From Candidatus Magasanikiibacteriota bacterium (GTDB taxonomy: Bacteria > Patescibacteriota > Patescibacteriia > Magasanikbacterales > UBA922): 64,000 nt of DNA. The DNA lies in NCBI GenBank assembly GCA_041665025.1, contig JBAYJP010000004.1, positions 26,311-90,310 of the forward strand, written 5' to 3'. Below are positions 51,601-58,864 of this stretch, in pieces. The notes beneath the pieces are model-generated. The model saw only the letters and a program-made list of their open reading frames with translations, had not been told where the DNA came from and searched no databases. How positions within the stretch are numbered: the stretch's first letter is position 1; each line of letters begins with the position of its first letter. The position numbers were made by a program, and so were the translations under genes.

Positions 51601-54600
51601 ATTTTTCTGTGCGAACCCGTGGCCTTCTACAGGTGAATATTTTCAGGATGATTATTATAATTTCCGTACCCGCTATTGTGCTGACGCAGAAAATCCTTTG
51701 TATGATTTTGATGACTTGCCTCTTCTCCAGACAGGCATTAATCCATCTGAGGCCATTACCGCGTCAGGTACGCTTGAAAAGGTGTTATTTTTCAATCCAA
51801 AAAATGATGATGTTATTGGCATACAAATATTTTTAAATCCACCCGATGAATTGACGGGTTTGCGCCGTACGCTGGGTGATTGGTATTCAGATAGATTTGA
51901 AGATCTGGGTAATATGAGGAGAGTGAGTGTAGACGGAAATGAAGCTTTGACAGATGGAAGAAATTATTATGTAAACGCATACAATGTCACGTCTACGGGG
52001 ATGTACAACAATGTCTATTTGTTTAGTATCAATGAGGGCGCACAGCCAGAAACGCAAAAAGTATTTGATCAAATTATTGCATCGCTCCAGTTCAATACAA
52101 ATTTACGCGATATTAACAAATGTCTTGATGCTGATGGCGACTTGAGAGGGAGTAGCAGTGAGAGGATTTCAATTGCAAACCCGGAAATTGATTGTACGAC
52201 AGACATTGATTGTATCAATGACAATGGACAAGCAAAATTGAATGTACATCCAAGTGGCATATGTGCCAATGAAAAGACCAAATTTTTTAGGGACATCAAA
52301 CGCCTTGAAGATTTGAAAATCACGCAGTCCAAGCTTGATGGATATTTTGCAGGCAATGTATTTGGCGCTGACTTCAAAGCAGATTTGCAAGGCGGATCAT
52401 ATATTCCTGGCTATACTAATTCACGGTGGCTCTCATGGGGTACGCTGGCAGGTTTGGTAAATGGACTGACTGTTGACCCTATCAATGATTGGCGCGGGTG
52501 TTCCCCCAATGATTCACTTACATGCTGGAACGCGGCAAGTTCGACATTCAGGTGTCCTCAGTTTGCGCAAGTGTATGAATATGCATTTGTAAGTACGACA
52601 TTAGGGTATAATATTTATGCTCCGTTTGAATACATGGACGCTAGTGATGACATTGTCGAACAATTTGTAGATACTTCCCGCATTAGACTGGGGCAAAGAT
52701 GGTGTACGCCAGCCACCGTATATACACCATTCCAAGGTACATGCGGAGATGGCATTCTCAACCCTTCAAGCGAGCAGTGCGAACCCCCAGGAAGAGAGAG
52801 AGTTACGTATCAAGTTGTTGATGGTGGCAGAACGAGTTCATGTCCAGCGGGTCAATTTGCGACCTCTACATGCAGTCAGACATGTCAGTGGACATACAGC
52901 GCTTGCCATGTTGCAGCTCAAAATTGTGGCGATGGAGAAATACAAGGTAGTGAGGCATGTGATGATGGAAATAAAAATGGGACATATGGGTATTGCAATA
53001 GTACGTGTTTGGATCTACATCCTGAGTATTGTGGAGATAATGTATATCAGAGCGGAAAAGAATTTTGTGAGAGAGTCGCAGAAGTTTCAGTTGCGTTTCC
53101 AATTGCTGGAAAGAAAGTGAGACTTAATTTGGGCGAGTCTATGGCGAATCTTGAATCCATGAATGCTACAGATTTTCTAAATACATACTGTAGTCATTAT
53201 GAGACGGATTTTGAAAGAGGTATTTGTAATGTTCTTTTTGTACTAGTTTATACGTATGTGGATCGTTTTGTAAATGATATAGACAATTTTAATTATCGTT
53301 GCAGCGGTGATTCTACACTTATCTGTAATCCGGATGAAGGTTTGGGTCCGAGCAATCCAAATGCAGGATGTCGTGCTCCTAGTGCGACTGCCATGGCTTA
53401 TCTGGATAATTTAGACATAAATGATGTAGTAACAAACGTGGCAACCACAACATTAAATGATTATGGATATTGTAGAGAATATGCGCTTGGCAATTTTGGT
53501 ACTCCTTATAATCACGAAAGGGATTTGACGTGTTCGTGGAACTGCCAGTCATATGGCGCGTACTGTGGTGATGGCGTCAGACAGCCACAATATGAACAGT
53601 GTGATGATGGTAATACCAATGATCGCGATGCGTGTACCAACGATTGCATGGTCCATGTCAATCCAGACTTATGCGGGAATGGAAGTGTTGACGTGGGAGA
53701 ACAATGTGATGATGGAAATACAATAAATAGTGACAGTTGTTTAAATTCGTGCGTAATAAGAACGGATGAACCTCGTTGCGGAGATGGTGAACGTCAGCCG
53801 GAAATAGGTGAGGAGTGTGATTTGGCAAATCAAAATGGAGTTGCCTGCAGTGCAAATGGCTATAATGAAAAATGCGTGTATTGTTCGCTTGATTGCAAGA
53901 GTATTACTGTTGAGTCTGCAAAAAAATGCGGAAATGGAAGAATTGATTATGACGCACAAAATAGACCTTACGAAAAGTGTGATTTTGTTCAGTCTGGTGG
54001 CCGACAAACAAGGATATTTACCACATCAACTCCTCCTAACAGCCGTGAAACTACATGTGTTGACCAGTTGGGCCCTGTCGAATATCCGGATTTCAATGAA
54101 GTACGCGGTTCTTTGAAATGCAGTCCAGATTGCCTGACACTTGATACTTCTGATTGTGTTGAATGTGGAGTGAGAAAATTTGTAAATGGAGCACAGACAC
54201 CTTACATTTCAGTCATCAACGTGCTGACGGGTAAGGATACGCGTAATGGGGTATGGGGTAGCGAAACGCATTTAGGCTTATACTCCAACCGGACGAGTGG
54301 AAGACAATATGTTGCCTCTCGAAATTTAGGTGCTACTCCGTACAATCCACAGCGTATCGCTTATGGGAATGGTCTTTCGGATATGAGTGATGATGAAGAT
54401 GATCCTGTAGCTGGGATCGATACAAACGTCAAATGTAATAAGTATACAGACGTACAATCAAACACTTTTGAACATTATTACCAGTTATATTTTAATAGTG
54501 GCCGTACAGGAACAGATCGAGTACGTGGCGGAACTTACTTTGATTATATAGTTAATAATGAGACAACAAATATAGAACGTGAATTGTTTGTTTCTCCTGC

Positions 54601-55234
54601 CCTGCCGACATCTATGTTGAGGATTGCTGTGCGTGCTTCAAGAGAGAATCAACCATCTGATGCTCGATTTGTGGGTGGTTTTTATGCTGATGGAATAGGG
54701 CAGGTTTTATATCCCGTGGGCAGTGCCGGCGTTGGAGTACGATGTAGAATGATAGAACAGGGTGCACAAGAATATTGGCTTCCATCTGCTGGTTGCAATA
54801 CTGTTTTAAATAACATTTGGATTCACGACCTCGTTAACACTGACTCAAATAGGGTTCAATCATTTACTTTTTCGGACGGTATTTTCGAACTGCTACAACC
54901 AGACAAACCAGTAGCATTTTATGTCCAAGCTCTGGAAGGTCCTATTTATCAATTTAAGAACTATGATGTGTGGGTTGAAATATATGAATATCATGAAGGA
55001 CAAAATCCCGCGTATTCTATATATGCACCGACTCGTACATTTTATCTCAACCGAACTGGATCGAGCAGTACCAATCAATCGGCGCGATATTGGCATGTAT
55101 TCACTTTAAGAAAACAAGGCACGCAGTATGTTGTCGAAACTCCAGGTGGAGAAAATGGTTCTATAGAGACCGACATGTGCCGCATCAGGGCCAATATGCC
55201 AAATACTACCCAATGTACAACAGGAAGGACTTAA
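42629..55234 (+). CDS. giant (4201 aa) surface protein: VirB2-like pilin module + Cys-rich linker + IPT-like + LamG + 8-blade beta-propeller + Myxococcus-type Cys-rich repeats
   Basis: The ORF is uninterrupted for 12.6 kb. The N-terminal ~130 aa are paralogous to the upstream gene. The LamG-like block is EFWVKPP...YINHNSL...DEVAVYAGVLT. There are eight FSPDGNYLA...Y(K/R)RNGD.FTKL repeats and more than 12 CG(D/N)G....C(D/E) repeats. Confidence 0.65.
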   Translation: MKQRARTWFFAGLLTAVFVVGFFVFFNPVFGQDTLGLDVVENEGDIALGSGDLRVTIVRIINIALGLLGIVALGIVLYGGFVWMTAGGNEEKVATARKILVNGTIGLVIILSAWTITWFVLSKLIEATGGGGGTTGGDRCTCAEPPESECRKTIECRNFCTRFPSQCCSTDHFIVKSITPSTPQTDQEIFMNNPVIRVVFSREVAGSPSDAFKIYKKEDGGVNRDVTQDFSFNFDGNDTIAEAEYVQGTVCGQHQGHDVHCLLAGEYEVKVGDVRDKDGNKLEVDTTCGNFPKDALFRTGDEAELAIDTQAPNLSQVTIDGGIIPNVRLVQGRTYPIATTLSDNRGNAYVHLNIYKEGDSGNKIRQHINGPAVSIGSSPAFPFLYGFKVPYTLEVGQTYVAEAVGNDIDNNTVTSQLTFRVIPVSCDNGELDPGETSPDVGGPCGGGDGDACRVDTDCSSWLKCLNPSNQFCSATDTTCVCRPWPYITDVEYMNGAQGNWITIFGRNFGYDPGLVTFDYPGGQRQTAPLAECRANDVWEDSWIIAEVPEQITPQAAKDPALELNGTDAYVSAPFNIFDWGFEDGYFSLEFWVKPPANGIIPHTLLAGTQEGGQFGIFTSSDDLGSVEAWVRDAGGEYNIVVGDPGQLLGNEWNHVVMTTQGVEGGSEVRLYINHNSLDKEPFTSQGAGFEYVEAEEFIIGFLGDDDYMRGAIDEVAVYAGVLTEAQIVEHYNAKNIGTIESYRTLVNAIAPRAYWTFSNFQSGDTQVTDISGNGFHGTYHGGIEAVSGPFISNTATVDKPSISVTTAGTGFTDNTDDDFGTRLPLFEYNSIQRPGLCSVTVPRDIVHTLADGTTVTTTAGSTKAPPDTPIEAVGKGFGNARGSLSFESTNAAVDSWSENLILSAVPIMQEQRKAVVRVTAPSGQVSNGIPFWVSSLADMYPPIIESISPSSTTKGSYITIKGKNFGNSGIVYFNTDEDIGCPGQGCFASASLPDYCEDTWNDNQIIAKVPTDGSFIFGNYHVVVVRDDNLKGVSKVVEKVTDGDPRPSICYLQPSSGPAPLPVGQYLTIKGENLDKNASGSEIYFWSPLSIAGDIATWLHTTTNDPGSSRVVEGKEIRAFIPVDTTAGFTMITGPIVVKPIASNVVSNEMIYNVRDCREFGTGSLVGFQCCQEGREAGRWKSNAFVCEGGRREAGYAWRFTSGKIPDRFFVLEQCQDGTIVPSPSPWANRPQGNSACLNAEIDLVFSLPVKKSSIGTGTDFEEGLDGSNIKVETCGSGQQIDCSASADVTSEFRPAFTETSVAIARYRDQDGGNIDTLTPNTWHRVSLKETVTSAHSENILGVQEERNENLVATRPCESNDGSSFAFCFEFKTGAPGTICTLKDALIDPPRKTTNLLGVVQDDAFPRMYDITRIFNPGTPGLNPLYYMVRGVANQECTTINVDSKPWIWGPTDPPVTGSVPATSEKRARGRYVNSRGIAKAWEDWPQGYNIFATTPENVSSTIVVSRESDTIERLTKLPDPTIIPAGFGRSVEFSPDGNYLAVGHDVAPFISMYRRNGDTFTKLDIPSGPTQWIVSMDFSSDGVYLAVLQQIPPFVTMYKRNGDTFTKLATPSPSNWSGSSRGWTIDFSPDTNYLAIAQETSPYITIYHRSGDTFSRANDPDILPTGSGKGVTFSPDGNYMATSFAVSPYLTVYKRNGDAFVKLENPSPLPTDGARGGIAFSPDSNYLVLTTHGSTNIMFYKRNGDAFTRIADNVDQLPLLGFRVDFSPDGSYVVVSHGSFSSTPFFSFYRRDNDAITKINTFVPSTPVNGASDVAFSPNSQYVAVAHTITPFLSIYKIAYRMGASTVETFDTTVITATSTLHIDLTHPQVVSKWPSCIEACVNAEIGAQFNQIMDKTTFTTDNVHLYRCSDETCTVTSTASISPGSHDDNILRFYPQGLLTSSTWYLVELTSGIKGVSGVDPSGRALQDNRGKSIERTTWKFRTKPSSEPCVVDTVDVRPDPFTATFIGQRQRYSAVPKGAPDSCNPRGQFLNPWDYGWNWYVRDSAVASSNSTIATTTNFGFSGNINRACGLNCIPTGSDVPQGTYTGVYPVCGNGRVELGEDCDIASTTPSGANENHGISCAYNCLRLGNSNKGNGANQCGNGVVEEIRGEECDPNNLDSNFVPYKLFCTDTCVWTGSSVEATGNPTTPICGSGSVTPGEDCDGTLGCSTRCLNTGTPLSQAWCDTHKNDNDKTYELCPYATSVCGNDIVENGEECDPIGNQSVAYCTDRCLLVNVCNEPTKKQCDPEDDEGCSPDCTWAGSSIEYSTPSLCGDGQVGIGEYAGCEITPDEARSQLGGNPVQLVTAIGEPPAGASSVVPLDSLETFVFADPERIRFSPASIGNVTSTIRGQGDYELQCGYTENISSGQDIGSTTVVFEEFASNHDMFVLDKADDGIYVLDVLLNDFGQQLDILSVAASDELVKVSVITEDEIEKLHVEVPAEITQVNLEYEVKDIATGEQESAQVALHIHNDVANVFRSIVFDNFDLDDFKEGDVVAIHVDKLDTFRVPPGIDPYTITEVSDVSSIVGSLLPNVQLDISLLPGHEVFDITESSGTAGILSFDFSAKRGDDTFTGKIFINIKRKRVVASETIEQTQSVYNDCSPNPGNIYGVAKNSCCVLRPERVDQYPAANAGIDGSEPVCRNTYLEVSFDKFMDSTSFDRGSYKVNDLVRFFDNAYVVEGYEVAAYPNFNCESQGMVDVSEDMSRLTGSIAPTGHVSFLKKIWNSIKLFFVRLFTGDVFAVDENNQLTGRTIRWCYSNNTLDPRVRYELNETGVVSTSTAALYLDNALPPNVYVAVMLRGGQDGVRDINGVGIKNPHSTSRTDFWMFKTGSEICKIDSVSVDPATQMYQEPGDEHTFHAQVLSKRAQQIVSTPAYVWEYIWHPQNPVFDIPKVTTPPTSPNTPDITIQNKGVEGLINAIAEVKVTYDADSEDNHTGKKFNGLFELNAFFCANPWPSTGEYFQDDYYNFRTRYCADAENPLYDFDDLPLLQTGINPSEAITASGTLEKVLFFNPKNDDVIGIQIFLNPPDELTGLRRTLGDWYSDRFEDLGNMRRVSVDGNEALTDGRNYYVNAYNVTSTGMYNNVYLFSINEGAQPETQKVFDQIIASLQFNTNLRDINKCLDADGDLRGSSSERISIANPEIDCTTDIDCINDNGQAKLNVHPSGICANEKTKFFRDIKRLEDLKITQSKLDGYFAGNVFGADFKADLQGGSYIPGYTNSRWLSWGTLAGLVNGLTVDPINDWRGCSPNDSLTCWNAASSTFRCPQFAQVYEYAFVSTTLGYNIYAPFEYMDASDDIVEQFVDTSRIRLGQRWCTPATVYTPFQGTCGDGILNPSSEQCEPPGRERVTYQVVDGGRTSSCPAGQFATSTCSQTCQWTYSACHVAAQNCGDGEIQGSEACDDGNKNGTYGYCNSTCLDLHPEYCGDNVYQSGKEFCERVAEVSVAFPIAGKKVRLNLGESMANLESMNATDFLNTYCSHYETDFERGICNVLFVLVYTYVDRFVNDIDNFNYRCSGDSTLICNPDEGLGPSNPNAGCRAPSATAMAYLDNLDINDVVTNVATTTLNDYGYCREYALGNFGTPYNHERDLTCSWNCQSYGAYCGDGVRQPQYEQCDDGNTNDRDACTNDCMVHVNPDLCGNGSVDVGEQCDDGNTINSDSCLNSCVIRTDEPRCGDGERQPEIGEECDLANQNGVACSANGYNEKCVYCSLDCKSITVESAKKCGNGRIDYDAQNRPYEKCDFVQSGGRQTRIFTTSTPPNSRETTCVDQLGPVEYPDFNEVRGSLKCSPDCLTLDTSDCVECGVRKFVNGAQTPYISVINVLTGKDTRNGVWGSETHLGLYSNRTSGRQYVASRNLGATPYNPQRIAYGNGLSDMSDDEDDPVAGIDTNVKCNKYTDVQSNTFEHYYQLYFNSGRTGTDRVRGGTYFDYIVNNETTNIERELFVSPALPTSMLRIAVRASRENQPSDARFVGGFYADGIGQVLYPVGSAGVGVRCRMIEQGAQEYWLPSAGCNTVLNNIWIHDLVNTDSNRVQSFTFSDGIFELLQPDKPVAFYVQALEGPIYQFKNYDVWVEIYEYHEGQNPAYSIYAPTRTFYLNRTGSSSTNQSARYWHVFTLRKQGTQYVVETPGGENGSIETDMCRIRANMPNTTQCTTGRT

Positions 55235-55243
55235 AATTATTCT

Positions 55244-55657
55244 ATGAATTTAAAAAAAACTGTTATACTATTTAGTGTGGGTGTTCTCCTTGTGCTGTTG
55301 GGGACAGGTCTATGGTTTTTTGTATCTCGTGGAAAGAAAATTGTTACTGATAAACAAGATAAGGACGGAACAGCTTCGTCCACATCGCAAGGAACTATTA
55401 CAACTACAGACATACCTGAATGGTATGCAACTGACAAAGACGCGGATGGTATAGAAGATACAAAAGAAGATGAATTGGGATTAGATAAATGGGCAGCTGA
55501 TACTGATGGAGATGGGATTTCTGACTTTGTAGAAATCAATGAATTCAAGACAGACCCAAGAAATCCTGATACGGACGGTGATGGTTTTTGGGATGGAGTT
55601 GAACTTGAAAGTGGATATAATCCACTAGGAGAAGGGAAACTTATAACTTCAAGTTGA
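55244..55657 (+). CDS. TM-anchored protein with thrombospondin-type-3-like DxDxDG calcium-binding repeats
   Basis: N-terminal TM, then DKDADGIEDTKEDE, DTDGDGISD and DTDGDGFWDGVE repeats. C-terminal GYNPLGEGKL. Confidence 0.6.
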   Translation: MNLKKTVILFSVGVLLVLLGTGLWFFVSRGKKIVTDKQDKDGTASSTSQGTITTTDIPEWYATDKDADGIEDTKEDELGLDKWAADTDGDGISDFVEINEFKTDPRNPDTDGDGFWDGVELESGYNPLGEGKLITSS

Positions 55658-55758
55658 AGTTATAAAGTTCCAAGTTATAAAGTTGTAAAGTTCATAAAAT
55701 ATTTGTTACTTTCAACTTTATAACTTTATAACTTTATAACTCTATAACTCTATAACAT

Positions 55759-56661
55759 ATGTTCGACGACGTTCAACCAAAAAAATCAGGACAAGTTCCA
55801 GGGAATTTACCCATTACAGAACCAGAAGATATTTTTTCTGGAGCAGACGTGCAGCTTGATGATATATCAGCACCTCAACCTGCTGCCCCTACGTCTGCAC
55901 TGGATGCAGGAGTCCTCAAACCGCGTCAACCAATTTCAAATATGTCAGAAATGGCGCCAGTGGCTATGCCTCCTGTTGCACCGCCACGCGTAAATACATT
56001 TCAAGAACAAATTCCGCCAGTTGGGCCTGCGCCTGAGGTACAAAATTCTCCATATCAACCGCCTGTGAATAATGACCCACGTTTTGTCGTACCTCCTCAA
56101 CAAATGGGTGGGGATCCTTCAGCCTACACGGTAAAAGAGCCTCTGGGAAGTAAAAAAGCAATTTTATGGATTATTATCGGAGTTATCGTGATTGTGCTTG
56201 GAGCTGGCAGTGCGTGGATGTACTTTACATTTATCCAAAATGGTGGAAATACAGATTTAGATAATGGAGATATAACAAATGAAAATATTACTCCTGATGA
56301 AAATACAAATGTTGTTCCCATAAACACGACACAACCAGATAATGCAGATCAAGGAGATACCGCGAACACACAGGTAGATATTGACCAAAGTATTTTGTTT
56401 GGCCAGCCAATTGATACTGATGGCGATGGTCTTGATGATGTACGTGAAGCAGATTTGAACACCGACCCCTTGAATTGGGATAGTGATGGCGATGAGTTGT
56501 CTGATGGGGACGAAGTGACGATATGGAAAACAGATCCGCTTGATAGTGATAGTGATAACGACGGATATGGAGATGGTGCTGAAATAAAGAATGGGTATAG
56601 TCCGACTGGCTCGGGCAAATTATTTGAAGTGCCAACAACCACAGAATCGGCTGTGCAATAA
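55759..56661 (+). CDS. paralogous TM protein with Pro-rich region and DxDxDG repeats
   Basis: Central TM, then DTDGDGLDDV, DSDGDELSDGDE and DSDSDNDGYGDG repeats. C-terminal GYSPTGSGKL is parallel to the upstream gene. Confidence 0.6.
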   Translation: MFDDVQPKKSGQVPGNLPITEPEDIFSGADVQLDDISAPQPAAPTSALDAGVLKPRQPISNMSEMAPVAMPPVAPPRVNTFQEQIPPVGPAPEVQNSPYQPPVNNDPRFVVPPQQMGGDPSAYTVKEPLGSKKAILWIIIGVIVIVLGAGSAWMYFTFIQNGGNTDLDNGDITNENITPDENTNVVPINTTQPDNADQGDTANTQVDIDQSILFGQPIDTDGDGLDDVREADLNTDPLNWDSDGDELSDGDEVTIWKTDPLDSDSDNDGYGDGAEIKNGYSPTGSGKLFEVPTTTESAVQ

Positions 56662-56665
56662 AATT

Positions 56666-56715
56666 ATGTACGAAATACGAAAACTGCGAAAGGTACGAAA
56701 AAATATATTTCGTGT
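56666..56715. repeat. TACGAAA-family element (partial)
   Basis: tgtacgaaatacgaaaactgcgaaaggtacgaaaaaatatatttcgtg. Confidence 0.5.
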
Positions 56716-56728
56716 ATATAATTAATGT

Positions 56729-57910
56729 ATGTTTTTCAAAAAAAAGACGCCAAAAAATCTATTACCCAAACCAGAACCAGACGTTCATGTCATTAGTATT
56801 CCTGATGTTTTTTATGGTGGAAAAGATCCTGAGATATATCATGCGCCATCGGGTGATGTGGGTTCTAAAAAAGATGCCAAGCAGATGCAAACAAGAAATT
56901 TTCAAAGTGGTGCCGGACAAAAAAGTTTTCTATCCAAAAAGAGTACGTGGATAATTGGGGGCACAGTGTTTGTCGTCGTCATTTCCGGAATTTCTTGGTA
57001 TTATGTGCGCGGTTATATGAATGCTCGTCTAGTTACCAATACCGAAGAAAACACACAAACAAATGGGGCACCTCCTACGAGTATTCCCTCTATAGTTGTA
57101 CCCACATCCACTGCTGAAATAGTAGAAAACCAGACGCCCACAAGTACACAGCCAGTTGAGATACCTACGACCACTCTCGATGCGGCTAATATACAATTTC
57201 CTGTAGTAACACTTATTGATAGTGCTGATGTTGACTCAGATGAACTAACCGACGCAGAAGAAGAATTTTTTGGTACTGATAGCGGCACGTGGGACACTGA
57301 CAAGGATAGTTTCTATGATGGTCAGGAGGTCTTCAATTTATATAATCCCAGAGGTTTTGCACCAATAAAAATCATTGACTCAGGTGTAATTCAGGAGTAT
57401 GCGAATCCTTTTGTAGGTTACCGTGTGTACTATCCAAAAGGTTGGCAAAAGGGTGCCGTAGACGTGAAAGAATCCCAGGTATTATTTAGCGCTTTGCTGG
57501 GTGATTATATTGAAATTAGGGTGTTTGAAAAAGATCCGGTCATTGATTTTACCACATGGTTTGGGAGAAATGCGGAAGGTCAACAATTCACTGATCTTGT
57601 GAAAATAACAAATCGTTTTAAGGAGGAGGGATGGAAAAGAAAGGATAATTTGGTCGCATATTTTATTTCTCCTACGCGCGTGTATGTGTTTGTATACCAT
57701 TCGTCGGAACGAGGACCTATCGAGTATCGCCATATTATACAGATGATGTATCAGAGTTTTCGTATGCAAAAGTCTGACATCGATATTCCAGACCAAATAT
57801 TGCCTCCGGGTATGACAACAAGTACAACTACATCCACAGTCAACACAGATATCCTGGTTACTTCAACACCAAATAATACCGTGACGAGTTCCACGTCAGT
57901 TAATTTGTAG
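56729..57910 (+). CDS. third paralogous TM protein with acidic DxD repeats and C-terminal beta domain
   Basis: TM at about aa 70, then DSADVDSDELTDAEEEFFGTDSGTWDTDKDSFYDGQE, then an unrelated C-terminus. Confidence 0.5.
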   Translation: MFFKKKTPKNLLPKPEPDVHVISIPDVFYGGKDPEIYHAPSGDVGSKKDAKQMQTRNFQSGAGQKSFLSKKSTWIIGGTVFVVVISGISWYYVRGYMNARLVTNTEENTQTNGAPPTSIPSIVVPTSTAEIVENQTPTSTQPVEIPTTTLDAANIQFPVVTLIDSADVDSDELTDAEEEFFGTDSGTWDTDKDSFYDGQEVFNLYNPRGFAPIKIIDSGVIQEYANPFVGYRVYYPKGWQKGAVDVKESQVLFSALLGDYIEIRVFEKDPVIDFTTWFGRNAEGQQFTDLVKITNRFKEEGWKRKDNLVAYFISPTRVYVFVYHSSERGPIEYRHIIQMMYQSFRMQKSDIDIPDQILPPGMTTSTTTSTVNTDILVTSTPNNTVTSSTSVNL

Positions 57911-57913
57911 CAT

Positions 57914-58351
57914 ATGGCGTGTACGGTATATACAAAGGTCCACACGTCGCCTGTTTCAGAAGTTGTCATTAAGAAAAGTGTTGACTGTATCCTTGACAAA
58001 GAAAAACATTCTGACTGTAGTGTTAACATTCATATTGTGGGGGATGCCATGATGAAACATATTAATGGCACATATAGAAATATTCACAGGACGACCGATG
58101 TTCTCTCATTTGCCATACATGATGGCGCCAGCTTCCCCGGCATAGCTCATGCAGATGAACTTGGTGATATTTTTATAAGTGCGCGGCAAATTAAGCGTCA
58201 GGCATTGGCTCACCATGTTTCTGCTAAGGAAGAATTTATGCGGATGCTGGTACATGGTGTTTTACATCTCCTTGGGTATGATCATACAGAGGAACGGGTT
58301 GCCACGCGTATGTTTGCGCGTCAGGAGAAATTAGTTAAATTATTATTATGA
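57914..58351 (+). CDS. ybeY: rRNA maturation RNase YbeY
   Basis: HGVLHLLGYDH zinc motif. Length 145 aa. Confidence 0.85.
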   Translation: MACTVYTKVHTSPVSEVVIKKSVDCILDKEKHSDCSVNIHIVGDAMMKHINGTYRNIHRTTDVLSFAIHDGASFPGIAHADELGDIFISARQIKRQALAHHVSAKEEFMRMLVHGVLHLLGYDHTEERVATRMFARQEKLVKLLL

Positions 58352-58713
58352 AGTTACAGCGCCTAGCGCAGAGTTTCAAAGATGCATGGAAAGGAGTTTC
58401 GTATACATATCAATACGAACAGAATTTTCGAATACAAGTATTTGTTTCAATTATTGTTCTTCTTGCTGCTGAATTGTTTAATCTTGCGGTTTCTGAAAAA
58501 ATAGTTGTGCTCATGCTTGTGCTTTTGGTAATCATTCTTGAACTCATTAATACCGCAGTTGAAAAATTTTTAGATTTAATTAAGCCACGTTTTGATATGC
58601 AAGTTGAAGTAGTGAAAAATATTATGGCGGCCGCAGTTTTTGTAGCGTCTTTTGTTGCAGTAGTTGTGGGTCTCGTTGTTTTTACTCCCCATATTGTTGA
58701 GTTGGTTGTATAA
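58348..58713 (+). CDS. dgkA: diacylglycerol kinase family membrane protein
   Basis: Three TM helices, the ELINTAVE motif, 121 aa. Conserved ybeY-dgkA adjacency. Confidence 0.75.
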   Translation: MKLQRLAQSFKDAWKGVSYTYQYEQNFRIQVFVSIIVLLAAELFNLAVSEKIVVLMLVLLVIILELINTAVEKFLDLIKPRFDMQVEVVKNIMAAAVFVASFVAVVVGLVVFTPHIVELVV

Positions 58714-58864
58714 AAATGTTATACTAAGCTAACGGTGAAAATATTTTATTTACGACGCAGGTGAGAGAAAAGTAAATTCGCATTTACTTTTCCGAGCCGA
58801 GGAGTAACTACAGGATAATATACCTCGCGAGCTTGATCCGAGGATCCTTTATTAATGTGCGTGT

